From Tubiluchus corallicola (Eukaryota > Animalia > Priapulida), in the NCBI GenBank assembly GCA_030141605.1, contig JAQGDQ010000945.1, positions 1-64,000 of the forward strand: DNA of 64,000 nucleotides, read 5' to 3'. Shown here one piece after another: positions 11,301 through 24,442 of this stretch; the stretch's first letter is position 1; each line of letters begins with the position of its first letter. The notes beneath the pieces were generated by a model. It saw nothing but the letters and a program-made list of their open reading frames with translations. It searched no databases and had not been told where the DNA came from. The position numbers and the translations under genes were made by a program.

Positions 11301-13661
11301 ACTGCTGGCCATTTCTTTGCTTCTTCAGATTCAATATTTGCTGTTTTTAGGTGCCTTCATGATACACTTATATTTACTGTGTCACCCCCCAGGATGGTGT
11401 TACCCGGTGCGGACCGCACCCCCCCCAATAGACGCCATTGATTATTGGGATTTGGAGATTGCATCTAGGAGTATTTCGCTAGTTGTGGAGAGGTTAAGAA
11501 CTAATGACTCAAATGCATTTTGCACCACGAGTGCAATACATGTATATTTTACATGTTCTGTTGCAAATGATTGTATAAAAATGCAGAGCTACCACTATGC
11601 ACCCGACATCAGAAAACAAAAAATATATACTCAACTGTTTGGGTGGAACATTTCACAAGAAAACTTCATCTTAGGGGGACTAAGAGGGTAATCATGTGGA
11701 AATGTCAGAGTGGCTGGAAACACTCCGCCTTCAAAAAATGTCCGATCCGGCCCACTGCAAACACACGATACACAAAGTAAAATCAGCATTTTCAATTTAG
11801 CTTTCAAGAATATACACAGATTAAATACTTTCACAGCCCACAGTTAAATAAAGATTGGGCAACAGCTTTAGCCTCATGGTAGTCTATGAAATGAAATTAT
11901 CTGTGCCATTCTTCTTCCTTTAACGCTAGTCTTCCCTTCAAACTCTGGCTGGTTGCACAGACCATAAATAAGCACACAAGTTTTACTTATATGAATGGCT
12001 TAGATAAGCGAAAAAGAATATGCGTACATTTCTAAATACACTTACGTTATTAGAGCTTCCCATTCAAAAAAGTTTTCTTCGTCTACAGGTCCTGCAATAA
12101 TGCCATCTGGTGGATTCAATGTAAGCTCTAAAATTGAAAGTTTCAGTAAAAATGGGATAATTATAAACATAGTTACAACTAGGTGCAAATCACGTATGTG
12201 CTAATATTTAAAAAAAGTTGTTACAGATCTGTCAACTCTCACGGTTTTGGGGTGAGTTTCACAATTGTAACTCATTTCTTATGGTCACACAGTATAACTT
12301 TGCTTTCTCAAGGGAAATACAAAAATCAGTAAATTTTGATAATACTGAATAAAACAAAAAAAACATGAAATTTTTCTTTAGTTCATTTTGCGCCTTTTGT
12401 TGACTTTTATTTACTTCTTGAATTATCAGCTGCCCTTCTCCTTCCTGTACTCTTAGGTACCTTTTTTCGTCATCATTACAAAAATGTCTATATCTGCACC
12501 TGTTAACATATTTGCAATCACCATCATATTTACAATTCCAACACAAGTTTGTTTTTTCCTTATCTTCCACAGGTTTCAAGTAATGTCTATATATACACTT
12601 GCTTTTAAATTTGCAATACCTACTCCTTCTAAAAAAGAAACACAATTTTTGTTCATGTTCTCCTTGTTTGTCTCTATATTCACTTTCATTGAGCTCTTGG
12701 CACTCCTCATTTGTTTTGTAGTGCCTATGTTTGCATCTACTTTCAAACTTACAACACACACATTTTTGGCCACACACCCGCACAGTGGCTTATCAGTTCT
12801 GCTTCCTCATTTTGAGCCTGTTGTTCTTTTCCAGCTTCATCTTCTTCTCCCTGGTTCCTTTATGTTCTTTTTTCTGTGCATTTTTCCCCATATCTATTTT
12901 ACTCACCAGCAACTCTTCATGTGTGTCTGTTTAAGCCATTTACTGTAATTCGGCATTCTGCTGCTTCACTTATCAATTTTACTAGTTGTAGTCTAAGTTG
13001 TGCTGCAGCTTCTTTCAATTTCTGTATTACACTTTCATATTTTTTCCTCTATAAGTCATATTGAGCTAACTGATCAGTTTTCTTATTCACTTCTTGACAT
13101 ACTTTCTCTAAGTCGTTTTTTTAATTTCTCTACTTCTCTTTCTTTGCTTTTCACTTCTTTTTTAATGTTTTCTAATTGTAATGCATTCAACAGAGCTCTG
13201 TGTATTTTTTTAATTCATACATCTTCCTTTAACTCCTCCATTTCTTCTTCACACTTATTTATAACTAATGCACTTGCTGTGCACTGTCTGTGTAACTATT
13301 TCTCGCACCAGAAATAGTACATTCCATCTTCGCCGCTCTTCACTATTTTTAAACATTTACTGCACACTTCATCTACACATATTTTCCTTTCTTTTCTTAA
13401 TGATGATATTACCGCATTTTCATACAGCATTAGTTGAACGGCTGTGACAGTAGTTCCTATAATTCGCCCTTATTACAAATTCATCTATATGCTATTTTGT
13501 TCCCTATTTACCCAAAACCACAGAATTATGAAACAGGCCATAATGGATATCAGTGATGCCAAGATTAGTTTCGAGACATAAAAGTTAGAAACAAAATAAT
13601 GATATTATAGGAAATTACGTTTGTACTCAGCCATTAAACGTTTCAGTGCTGAGCCGGCCAT
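8309..13661 (-). CDS. UBE2G2: Ubiquitin-conjugating enzyme E2 G2 (Ubc7 family), 167 aa, 5 coding exons
   Basis: Exons 13619-13661, 12046-12127, 11636-11754, 9394-9534 and 8309-8427 total 504 nt. Translation [56 protein letters not shown]...[74 protein letters not shown]...GLLT*. HPN motif, catalytic Cys and the Ubc7/Cdc34 acidic loop are present. An acceptor just upstream of the ATG implies a 5'UTR exon near 13900. Confidence 0.97.
10236..10541. mobile_element. MITE, PIF/Harbinger-like, in UBE2G2 intron 3
   Basis: ~27-bp imperfect TIRs TGGCGTGTTCAGATTAGGGAGTTTTCT and TGACACGTTCAGACTAGTGAGTATTCT (reverse complement of right end). An inner GTTCAGACT copy lies at ~10298. Flanks TTA/TCA are an imperfect 3-bp TSD. 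Confidence 0.7.
11376..11440 (-). mobile_element. Isolated GC-rich terminus of a hAT-type MITE
   Basis: Minus strand reads CAATGGCGTCTATTGGGGGGGGTGCGGTCCGCACCGGGTAACACCATCCTGGGGGGTGACAC, a CAGTGGCG-type end. No partner TIR was found. Confidence 0.45.
12259..13430 (-). pseudogene. Decayed retroelement ORF1/gag-like gene: PHD finger + coiled coil + 3 CCCH zinc fingers, inside the first coding-region intron of UBE2G2
   Basis: From ATG 13430: ...[27 protein letters not shown]...EDV* is PHD-like, with stops where Trp codons are expected. An E/K-rich coil follows ([21 protein letters not shown]). ORF 12259-12783 has [31 protein letters not shown] and [20 protein letters not shown] (C-x8-C-x5-C-x3-H). 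Intronless, with stops and frameshifts. Confidence 0.7.
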
Positions 13662-16600
13662 AACATGTCAATGCCTAGAAGAAGTATAACAACAACAATG
13701 ATAAGCCACGGAGGCTGAACAAACTTAAATTTGTTATAAATTCTAAAACCGCTATAAGAAATCAACAACCATGTTTTCTTAGTATATATTTTTCTTTGAT
13801 AGAAGGCGCCACTTGAGCTGTGAAATAAAGGCAGTGAAATCCCCGTCGGTTCTCAAGCCACCTGTAGAGTTAGCCGACAGCTTTTGGTGTCTTACACCTG
13901 TAAAGTTTTTGAGGTGAAGTCTTGTAGTTGTTTTATGTCTTCTGTAATAAGCAAAAATCAAAATTTTTCGGATAACCTGATATGGAATTGATGGATTACT
14001 GAGTGTAAGTGTGTTTTACTCTATCAAAGTTAATCTATTGGGAAATTTTGAATGGTAAACCTTAATGCTGATACTTTTCATTGGTGAATTTTATTATTTA
14101 ACTGTGATATCAGCATAATAAGTCTTAATATTTATTTGTAAAAATAACTTTGCATAAAGTCTATTATGATTTTTTTCGGTTTATGAAGTATACTATAATA
14201 TACTGCTTTGCCAATGTACATTGTATGTATTTGTGCTAGTAAAATTGAATTGCAATTGCTAAATACCTACAGTACAGTTTGATTTAATGACGTTTTGGAC
14301 CTAGCTTTATTAAGTTTATCAGAGAAAGAGAAGTGAAACTTTAGTATTGTTGGCCTTGAGTTATTTTGCTTCGTTGATTACTGCAGGTTATTTTCTGTGT
14401 AATATGTACTTTTGTTTTCTGTATGAAATTGCTAATTTGGCCTATAAGTACTGGGGGGGGGGGGGGTGGCTCTACGTAGATTGATGCCATAGCAAAAATA
14501 TTTTTATTGCCCTCTTCTCATCAGTCAATCCCTCACCCTGCAGCCCCACGAAACTCGCAAAATTGAATTTTTCCTGTGTAATATTATAATAAAGTAAAAT
14601 GGTATCTGCAAATAGTTGAGGAGAGACCGTCAATAACCGTGTTATGGCTAGGTCTCTTAGACTTCGCAAGCAAGTTTCGTGTACATTAGGTTTAAACATG
14701 TATTACAGTACACTGAACTATTTACTATCAACCACGTGTGTTGATTGAACTTGAAATTTGGTTTACGGCCCCTTTGAACGTATGGGTCTTTAGAAGCAAT
14801 CAAATTTCTGCAATTTCTACTACTATGGTTTAGATTTACCCTAAGCCCTTTCGTCAGAAATTTTTGAAACTCTAACTCCTCTCTTTCACGTATACACCCA
14901 TTTCACTAGCTTCACCATCTTCACAATCACAACTCTGGTCTGTTTGCATATACTTCTTTTAGCGAATCTTTTTGATGTGCAACATTGCCAATTGCCAAGT
15001 TTTTTACCTTTCGTTTTCTGTATTTAGCTCATGAAAACTTCGATTCTTATAGGTTTATCTGCCATAATTACGTAAATTGTATGTAAACTTTAGCCCTTTT
15101 TTATTAAGGGAGGGATCATTACTATAACCACTTACATAGCTCTGCTGCTCTGGCTCTATAGTAGAAAATTCAGGCATAAGCAGTGTAATGTATGCCTGAA
15201 ATGACATAATCTTAGGAAACCAGATAAAGCAAAAGTAAGGTGTTTTGCTGCGTGAAGACATTTGCCAGCATCAATAAATCATTCATTTGACAGGAAAATA
15301 ACGCAATTAGTTCGTTTCGTTTAATTAAAGTGTTGTGCACTTAAACATACTTGATGTTATTACTTTAAATTTACTTATGCTGAACTTAAAAATTAAAGAA
15401 TTAGCTTTAGAATTTGACACCCTAGGCAACTGCCTAATTTGCCTAGTGGTATACCCGGTCCTATAATAGCAGAGTTTGCAATGTACAAAATTGTGTTACC
15501 ATTACCACTCCCTCGTACGTAGACTGTCACTGTTTTACAACATTGGCATTTGCGTATTGTTGCTGATCTTTATTAACTGTATTTTTTAGTGGTGATAAGT
15601 AACGTTTACTTGTACTTCCTTTTCAGTTTTATGAACTTTTAAGTAATAAATTTGCAGAGCTTTTTACCCTGTAGCTTTGCTTAAGTGTGTGTACCATTGG
15701 GCTTTGAAGAACTGAATAAGTAAACATTGTAATTTAAAAATTAACTCTATTGCTTATAATAAAGTTTGTAAAGGTTACACTCACATGTGCAGTTCTTTAC
15801 CTTAAGTTATCTAGGCTAGATTGCTCATAATAAACCAATGATGCTGTGGCTTGCAAAACTAGAACTTTGGGTCTTGTTACTTATATTTTTTCTTATATTT
15901 ATAGGTCATAGTACTTCGGCACTTAATACAATTTTGTATGGGCCTAATAGTGAAATGTCTCGCAGATGTTAATAACTGTTACATAACCCATTTTAGCTTT
16001 AAACGCTCATAGTTAGTCTCACAGTCTATGAGTCACAGAATTTTATTAATGAGAAACCAATACCACTGAGTTGCTTGTGGTGGTACTGGATTATTATTGC
16101 ATGTATGTCCATTTTATGTACTACCTGTGGTGCATACAGGTAATGTACAACAATTTCTTCTTGTACCAATGATTTTGTTTCAACTGCTGGTAAGATAGTG
16201 AAAATTTGTCATGCTAATCGTTCATATCTATTATTTAATCGAAGCAGGAGCGTTTAGAATTTTTTAGAGAAATGTTGATATTCGTCGGTACAAACACCTC
16301 AGGTATTGATACACTGTAAAACTTTTGTGTTTTATATTGTACCTTCTAGTCTGGCTTTTCTACTCAGAGAGTCTTGACATTTGATGAGTGAATGTTTACT
16401 GCTGACTCAATTTTAGCTTTTGTGTTCTTTCTCAGGTAGCTACACATTAATTCTATAATGCTGACCATATCATATTGTAAAATGCCAAATCACGTTGTTG
16501 CATATTTCTTGCCAAGAAAATTTCTAGTATTTTATGTGACGTTTTCATGATTTTCTTGATATATATATATATATATGTTACTAGAATGCGTATAAAAGGA

Positions 16601-17770
16601 CAAAATGAGCTAGAATGACAAGAAGTAACATCTTCACAGACTAAATGGTCTTAGTGGAAAAATGCTTGACTAAGCAAACTTTTCTGTTTGTTTCATCAAA
16701 TAAATTGCATATATGTGTGTTTGTGTGTGTGTGTGTGCGCGCGTGTGACCTAAAATCTAGAGCAAAATTCCACGAGTTTAAATATTTCGTAAATTTCTTT
16801 AAGGCAGTAATCTCTTGTCTGTTAAAATAGTTCCATATAGAATATAGAGTGGTTCCATATAGGTCCAAGCCTGGATAATGCATATTTCGATCATAAATTT
16901 ATATTGAATTTCTCCATTCAGTTATCATCACTAGTTAGTGTGCTTCATTGAATTCAGTGCTTTTCTGAAGGGAGTGGAGTTTCTGCATTGTACTTTAACA
17001 GTCATGATGGTAGTTGGTTGTTTCTTTAAAATATAAGGATGTTCTAGTAGAGCTTTAGAAAAGCAGGCAGCCAATTCACGGCTATAATTATTGGGGTTGG
17101 GGTACCATTATAGCAAAACATCCAACTGCTATCTTGGCTGTTGCAATTCCAAGTGAACAGTCCGATTAAGCCCAGAATCCTTGGTGATCGCTGCAGGGAT
17201 CATTAGGGTTCATTACATTAGTTTTTCACTTGAATTCACTTTCACTTCTTAGATTTCAAAATTCTGTGAGGTTTGGTCAAGCACACTCACTTTGAATTTA
17301 TTGGATTCTAAATGTCTTGGATCTACTCTCTGTGTGTGTAACACAGCTTAAGTTATAGTCAATTTCGTTTTATGCCGCGTACTAGATAACTCTATTCTTG
17401 CTTATTAGCCTATGCTAATACTCCCACTTCTCTTATCATATTTAGCAAAAGCTTAAGTTTCATCAAAAACCTTTTTCTTGCACGAATCATTCAGCTTAAC
17501 ATTTTCTGCAATAACACGCAAATGTTTTGGGGTTAACCCTTGGTTCTCATTGCTACAGAAAGTACATTGACTTGTTTGCTTTAAACACATAGCTTCATGC
17601 TCTATGCTACTTCTTACTGTTCAAACGCCAAACAGTTTTCCTTGCAGCCTGAGTAAATTTCGCACATGTACATTTCTCGAACAAGTGCATTCTGAACCAT
17701 TTGTGGAGTATATGGCTAGAAGCAAAATGAACAGCTGAATGATCACGATATAAAATAAGTTATACATGGT

Positions 17771-17891
17771 TAAAAAGTTAAGCAGCATCACGACCAGTTA
17801 TCAAAGGGTGAGTGACCATTGGGAAAACAGTTTCTCTGCAGTTCTGGTGGGTCAAAAAGTTAAGCAGCACCACGGCCAGTTATCAAAGGGT
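17771..17891. repeat. Direct repeat, 2 x ~38 bp
   Basis: AAAAGTTAAGCAGCA(T/C)CACG(A/G)CCAGTTATCAAAGGGTG at ~17772 and ~17855. Confidence 0.8.
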
Positions 17892-19087
17892 GTTTCGCTC
17901 GTTAGGGAAGGAAGTGTACACCCCTGGAGTTGCCCAAGACACCTTAATCTGTGCAGTGTCCTATCTTAGAGGATTATTGTTGATGTTGAGATATGTTCCG
18001 GTCTTCTCACTGACCACAACCATTCAGCAGCAACAGGCCTGTTACTCAGTACTAGATTCAGGCTAGCAGGAGAGCCAAGGATGCGGTGATCTATGGATAT
18101 TTGTGGGTCTTTCACGATTTTCCTTTAATAAAAAAAATGAAATGGTGTGCAAGTTTTACGCCTAATTAAAGCTCCATCCGTCTTGCTAAACGTCAGAAAA
18201 GCTCTGAACTTACTATTGATGAGAATTAAGAAATGCGCGTAGTGATTGTAGCAAGGTTAATGCGGTATTAAAATCATGATCAGAATGCAATCTGTTCAAA
18301 TGTCATGTAATAGAATACCCAGGTAAGCCATTTTTTATGTCGAATTTCAATTTATTTTGCTATCGTAAGAAAATTTCTTCGGCGGCTTTAGAAGACTCAG
18401 TCATACTTATAGTGTATTGTACGCTCTAATTATAGAAATATACAGCCAGAATGTTATCAGAAAAAATCCCAATTGCATACATAAACAGAAATTTTGATAT
18501 TGTAGTAACTCTTAGCTGTTTTTGCCTTTTACACATGCAACTTAAATGTGAGGTATTTCAGATCAGGAAGTACTGTACAAAACGGACTAAGGCTCCGTAA
18601 ATAGGCGATGAATTGTCATGAATCGGATTTTTGATTTAAGATCTTAAATTCAAGATGCAGCATTTCTTAATCCACGAGCTGGTCCCTTGACCAGTAGCCG
18701 AACTTGTTCAAAAAGAATAGTTGTTGCAGAAACGGAATTGGTAGTGAATTGTCTCTTTTTGCATAATCGTTAGGCAGCAGAATCTACGTAAAAACACGTT
18801 GTGGACCGAGCCCAAAGTTTTCTATCTGTGATATGTTTGGTTATATCCTACTAAATGCACCTCCCATGTCGCTAACGAATAGCTTATTTGATGTTCCGGG
18901 CCCAACTTTTCTTTAGACACAATTTTAATTGGGCTTTTTATGTGAGGTGTCAGAAAGCTTTTTTGTGGAAAAAAAGTGCTCTGTAAAGAATTTAAAATGC
19001 TGTCTCAAGGTCAAGGATTTGTTTATTTATTTTATGGAGCTGTAACCGTGGTAACTTTTTGCAGGTTTTTGAAGTGTCTAGTTGGAA

Positions 19088-22000
19088 ATGGGGCGCAAGG
19101 TCAACCTTGCGTATCTTAGGCCAGATGAGTGCGAGAAAATTCTCTCCGTCGTTCAGAAGGATTTAGATCTTCGAGAGAAGGAGACACAACGTCTTCGGTA
19201 GGTTTCGGTTCTATTCTGACAAAGTTATCATGTACGTCCATCTAGTTTTTGTATAGCGCCTCGTACTTACTCATGCAGTTAAATGTGTTTTACACAAATT
19301 TTCCCTTTCTTAGAATCAGTAAAATTATTCTTTTTATGACAGTTCTATAGCAGTGCTTTGAGTTAAAGTCATACTAATGTATTAACCTTAAACAAATTTC
19401 TGCATCAGTTGATTCTAGTCATGGCTGTTGACTTGTTGTGTATCAAATGACCCCATACTTGTACGCTGAGGCTTATATTAATGGTACTTGCGTCGTAAAT
19501 GCTGGTATTGTAGACATATAGCCTCATAACTTGATGAAGGTACCACTATATTCACTGTTTATTAATGATACTAGCAAACAAGCTTATTGATATGAACGAT
19601 TGCGTTTAAATGTGGCAGCTCATACAACACATATCATGTAGTTGTATGCTGAAAGAAAAACTGGTGCTTTGCATAGGCCACATTTAATAATGGAATGTAA
19701 ATATTCAATGTATCGGAATTAAATTGCATAAATCAGACACGAGTACAACTTATAAATTACATAAATTAGTTCCAGCTATTGCCGTTGCCGTATTACATAT
19801 GTGAACTCACCTTATTGAATTTGAATCACTCCCCAACTTTTTAGGTAACTTTTGCGTTGACCCACTTTGGCTTGTTCAGCTTTTGTTACGATTTCATAAT
19901 GAAACTTCTGCTGTCTGACTCGGTCTCAAATCGCCCAACCCTTTATTGTTATCATCATGTCACATTATGTTCATAATTGAATTACTTTAAATTTACTTGC
20001 CGATTAGGAAGCTAATTAAGCCTTTATTTTGAATGATAATTGATCAAAATTAAACCAAAAACTCTAAAAAAGCAAGATCAAGTCAAAGCATGTTTCCACC
20101 CGCGGAGGGCATTTATATCTGCTCTTTAGTAAAGAATAAATTATTTTTCTCTAAGTTATGCATGTGCACACACCGACTTATTTGGGGTGTGTTATGTTTG
20201 TGCACCGTTGTAATAATTATTGCGTTGTTTTGTGTGACCCAGTATTCGACACAATGGCTTAGTAAAACGAAGCATAGTGTCGAGTGCTTGTGCTGTATGT
20301 TTAAAAGGATTTTGCTACAAGCTTCTCTGTTCCCCCACTCACTGGTTTGTCCTTAATCTCAACACCTCTAGGCAAATACCTTGTGTACAGTAGCTGGCGT
20401 GGCTTGTGTTGAGAAGGAATGTATGTACCCCCTAGCGTAGGCTGTGTGAGCGATGACTAGGTTAGTCAAGTATTTAAGTTTTTATTCTGAACAGTAGCTC
20501 AGCCGGTTGAAGTAATTAAGCACTTTAACTGAAGTATTTTTACCAGTTTGCGTGTTAGTGAACAAATTTTTTTGTGAGATGCAAACACAATTTCATTTTC
20601 AAACAACAATTTTCTTGCTAGAGTAAGCGTCAAATAGTAATGAAAAAAGCAAACATATGCTTTACAAAGTAATGATAGTACAGATATTGTTATGTGCAGT
20701 AAGCATGCTAAACTCGAATTATTCAAAATCCTGACTTAGCTTTTTCGCTTTACTGTTATGATCCAAGCGTGATTACTCCAGTAAACAATTATAAGTCACT
20801 GGGTGTTTAAGGGATTTATCTGGAAATCATTTATTCGAAAGACGTTAAGCAGGAAGTCACTTATTTAAAATTGAAAGCAATTGTATCTAACTTCCCCTTA
20901 CAAGCCACTACCCGCAAGATTGACGCTCATGCTCATGATATTTTGACATTCTTAACGAACGTCATTTTAAAACTAATAAATTTAAAACTTGAGAAAGGCG
21001 AAAAAGCTGCATGTTTATTCACCTTGATAATGACCGACAACCTCCCGACTTTAAACCTTTCGTTTATGTAGTATTATATTGTTTTTCCGCCATTTCTTTT
21101 CTTATCATTATACATACAAATGTCAATCTTCGTGTTAAACATATAAATATGATTTTAACAGGCTGTAACAGCTCAAAAGTAGAGGTTTGTTGTTATTTTT
21201 TTAAACAAACAAATAATTTCAGTTTCAAATTGTTTCTTCAATTATCTTATATTTTTTACCCTCCAGTTGTCCTCTTTGAGGCTGTTTGTCTAACAGGCGT
21301 TGCTCAATGTTAGACGCTGAATTTTACCAGTTTGTCAACACCTCAGGGCTCTGTTCTTTCACAATCCTATGTTTGACATTGAATGGAGGCTGTAAATTGA
21401 TACTGGCGTGGTTTTTAAGTGCAAGTATTGATAAAGAATGTTAAATCGCTTTTTAAAAGTAAAGTTTTCAATCCCTCAAAAATTTCTCTCTCAAAAATTT
21501 TCTCTCTTTGTTAATCGAACTCGCGTCTTCTGCATTTCGAGTTTCTTTACACTACAGAAAAATTTGATCTTTCTAACACAGAACTTGACTAAGCCAGCTA
21601 CAAAAGGCATTTATAATCTTGATTTTAATAAAAGTTTATACACATTGTGCAGTAGTCAGATTAATAATATGGACTCTAGGTGTATTGCGAAGATGAACAA
21701 AATGCGTTTGACAGCTTTTACTTAAAGAAAATATTAAAGGGAACGATTTGCTAACGTTAATTTATTTTCATAGTATTCTTTAAAGGTGACTGGCTGTTTA
21801 ACAGTTTATGCTTTGGTGCTAGTCTTTTTGAATTTGTTTTCCGTGAAACGCTGAATCATTTATTTATAGATTATGATATTAATCGAATTAAAGATAATAT
21901 ACACTATGTTAGTGTCTGTATCTAATAACTAATTCCAGAGGGCGATACCAATGTTGTAAACACTGTATTGTGGTATACTGTGTTATTAGTGATTGGAAAG

Positions 22001-22515
22001 AAAAAGGGAGTTTATGCTGGCGCTTTCAAAAAACAGAGTTTTCTAAATTTTCAAAAGTCACAGTCAGTTGTGAGCCTTGTGAGTAAAAAAACACTTTAAC
22101 CTACAGGCTATAGCGAAGATCTCTTATTTGGTCTTGTACCAAATACCTGGGTTATCAATGCTAATTTCATTGAGGCCTAATAAGCTCTGTTTATTTACAT
22201 AGTAGTTGCTAGTTTGTGTATGGCAAACATACTAAACAAGATTAGGTAGCACTGTTGTCATTTACTAAATAATAGATATCTCACTGAAAATGTATGCTCT
22301 AAAAGTTATTATTACTATATGAAATGTTGGATGCCAGTAGCTGTGTGTAAATAAGGCACGGTATTCTACTGCTTGTTTGTTGGGTCACAGTGCACATTCT
22401 AACACGAGAATCATACGAAATGGTTCAAGTCACTTGATGAGTCATTGGTGGCTATTATAAATTTCATCTGTGACCGTTACAACCTCGTAGAATTTCCTGG
22501 TGGTGAATTATTAGA

Positions 22516-22554
<39 letters not shown>

Positions 22555-24442
22555 TATATATATATAATGCTATTCGTTGTTTTAATGTAATGCAATGCAA
22601 TGTAGCAATTTTTCATTAATTTTATCGAGATGTGATGTGAGATCACATAATGCAATTGCTGCACTTCAAGCTGCTGCAGATTAATAACGGGATGTGATAT
22701 GAAATGATATAATGCAATGCAATGCAATGTAACTTCATCTAATTTCAACATAATAGAATGCAGTATAACATAATTTATTGTAATTTAGTGTGAGTGGCCG
22801 TGTATTCACAAGAAAAGCGAAGTCACACTTAATTCACCGAGTGTAATGCAGTGCGTATGTTACGTAATTCAGTGACAATGCAATGCAGTTTTCATTGTGT
22901 CCTGTAATGCGTCCTGTAAATTAGTGTATATAACCTGACATGTAGTATTGACATGATGCAGTTATAAGGAAATGTACCAAATATAGCTTTGTTTTTGTAC
23001 TACAACTTTGTATAGTTATTTTAACATGCATTATTCAATAATTATGCTGCATATGTAAGGATGTATGTAACTTAGTATGCGGGGAAATTCTGGCTTGGAA
23101 TAAACAATATTACTTCTTATCACTATTACTACAATAGATAGGTAATGCATTGCAGCATGATAAATGCAGTGCAGTGTTATCTTGATATACCTTCACATCT
23201 CAGTTCAAACACCACCTCACATTTAGCTAGTTGTAAATGTTTTAAGATGTTTTTGCTTTATTTTTGCAGTGTGATCTCAAGGGATGTATCGCAGAAGCAA
23301 GCTGAAATGGGAGTCTTGAGTAAGAAAGAGCATTTTAATGAGAAACATTGCATGCGATGCTGTGCCACTTTTTCGTTCTTTTTCTGGAAGAAACAGCTCT
23401 GTGTAGAATGCAAGTATTTTGTGTGCAAGGAATGCGCCGCATGGGATAAACTGTGCAGTGTCTGGGTATGCAACGTGTGTGAAAAACAAAGGTACATTCG
23501 TTTTTATTAACTAGCCCAGCTAATTAATGATAATGGTTTTTCAGTTTAAAATTAAGGCAGATAAGTTTTCTGAAGTTTTTTTCTATATTCGTAATGTCGT
23601 CCAAAACACTGTTTTTTTCAATGTGCTAGCTGCTAGTAGCAAGTGTGCTTAGTCAATAAGACCTGCTATTACAAGTGTAGAAGTGTAGCAGATTTTTTTT
23701 GTTTTTCTGTTTCGTGCATTGTGAAACACATAATTCAGATTATTCATGCTTCAAGTGCTTTACATTTTGCACGGGATTTAATTTTATACACTTTGTATAA
23801 AGCTATAATTAAGTAAATTGCAGCACGGTAGTATACTTGTATATGTAAGATACACATACATATGCTGTATATGTAAGATGGGTCTTTTAAATGAAACCAA
23901 ATCATTTGTTTTTATCCCAATAAAAATATGTAGAAGATAAGTATAAATTAATTAACCAAACGAATGGGAAGGATGGCGAAAAAAAATCAATTATCGGATC
24001 AGCCACTCCAGCTTGCAACTTGTATTTAAATAAGACCCTGTAACTTTGATTTACAAATTTTTTTATTGTCGCACGCTTTTGTCAAGTTAAGTACACATGT
24101 ATCTGCACATTTTTTGTTTGATAGCAGAGTGGAATAAATAACAGAGCATCCCACATGTTAATCAGATAAGTCACTTTTCAGGTGGATATGTGGCAAATGC
24201 CGTTATCGTGAGGAAGCAGTTGGACCTCAAATCTCTATTCTTTTGAGTTGCAGTTAGTCGTTGCTTATAAAACTCAAGAATAATCTTGCTATATCTAAAA
24301 AAATGTTTAATTATTTTGTGCAGAGATCTGACATTGGCTGCCTGCGATTGGTTCTACTTCAATGTGCGGCAGAAGTTTCGACATTTTGGCAGTTCTAAGG
24401 TCATACGGAGTCTGTATAAACATGGAATTACGGGAAAAACTC
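19088..24442 (+). other. Rab-binding (SHD / FYVE_2-type zinc finger) domain exons of the MyRIP-like gene
   Basis: Three exons encode the SHD1 helix, four CxxC pairs and the WFY...F.HFGS.KV motif characteristic of MyRIP and melanophilin. Confidence 0.9.

Noticed and set aside
12484-13317. Hydrophobic Phe/Leu-rich plus-strand ORFs resembling membrane proteins
   Set aside because: Antisense of the Lys/Glu-rich PHD-CCCH relic.
15418-15462. MITE-like terminus CCTAGGCAACTGCCTAATTTGCCTAGTGG..CCGGTCCT
   Set aside because: No partner TIR or TSD found, so element boundaries cannot be supported.
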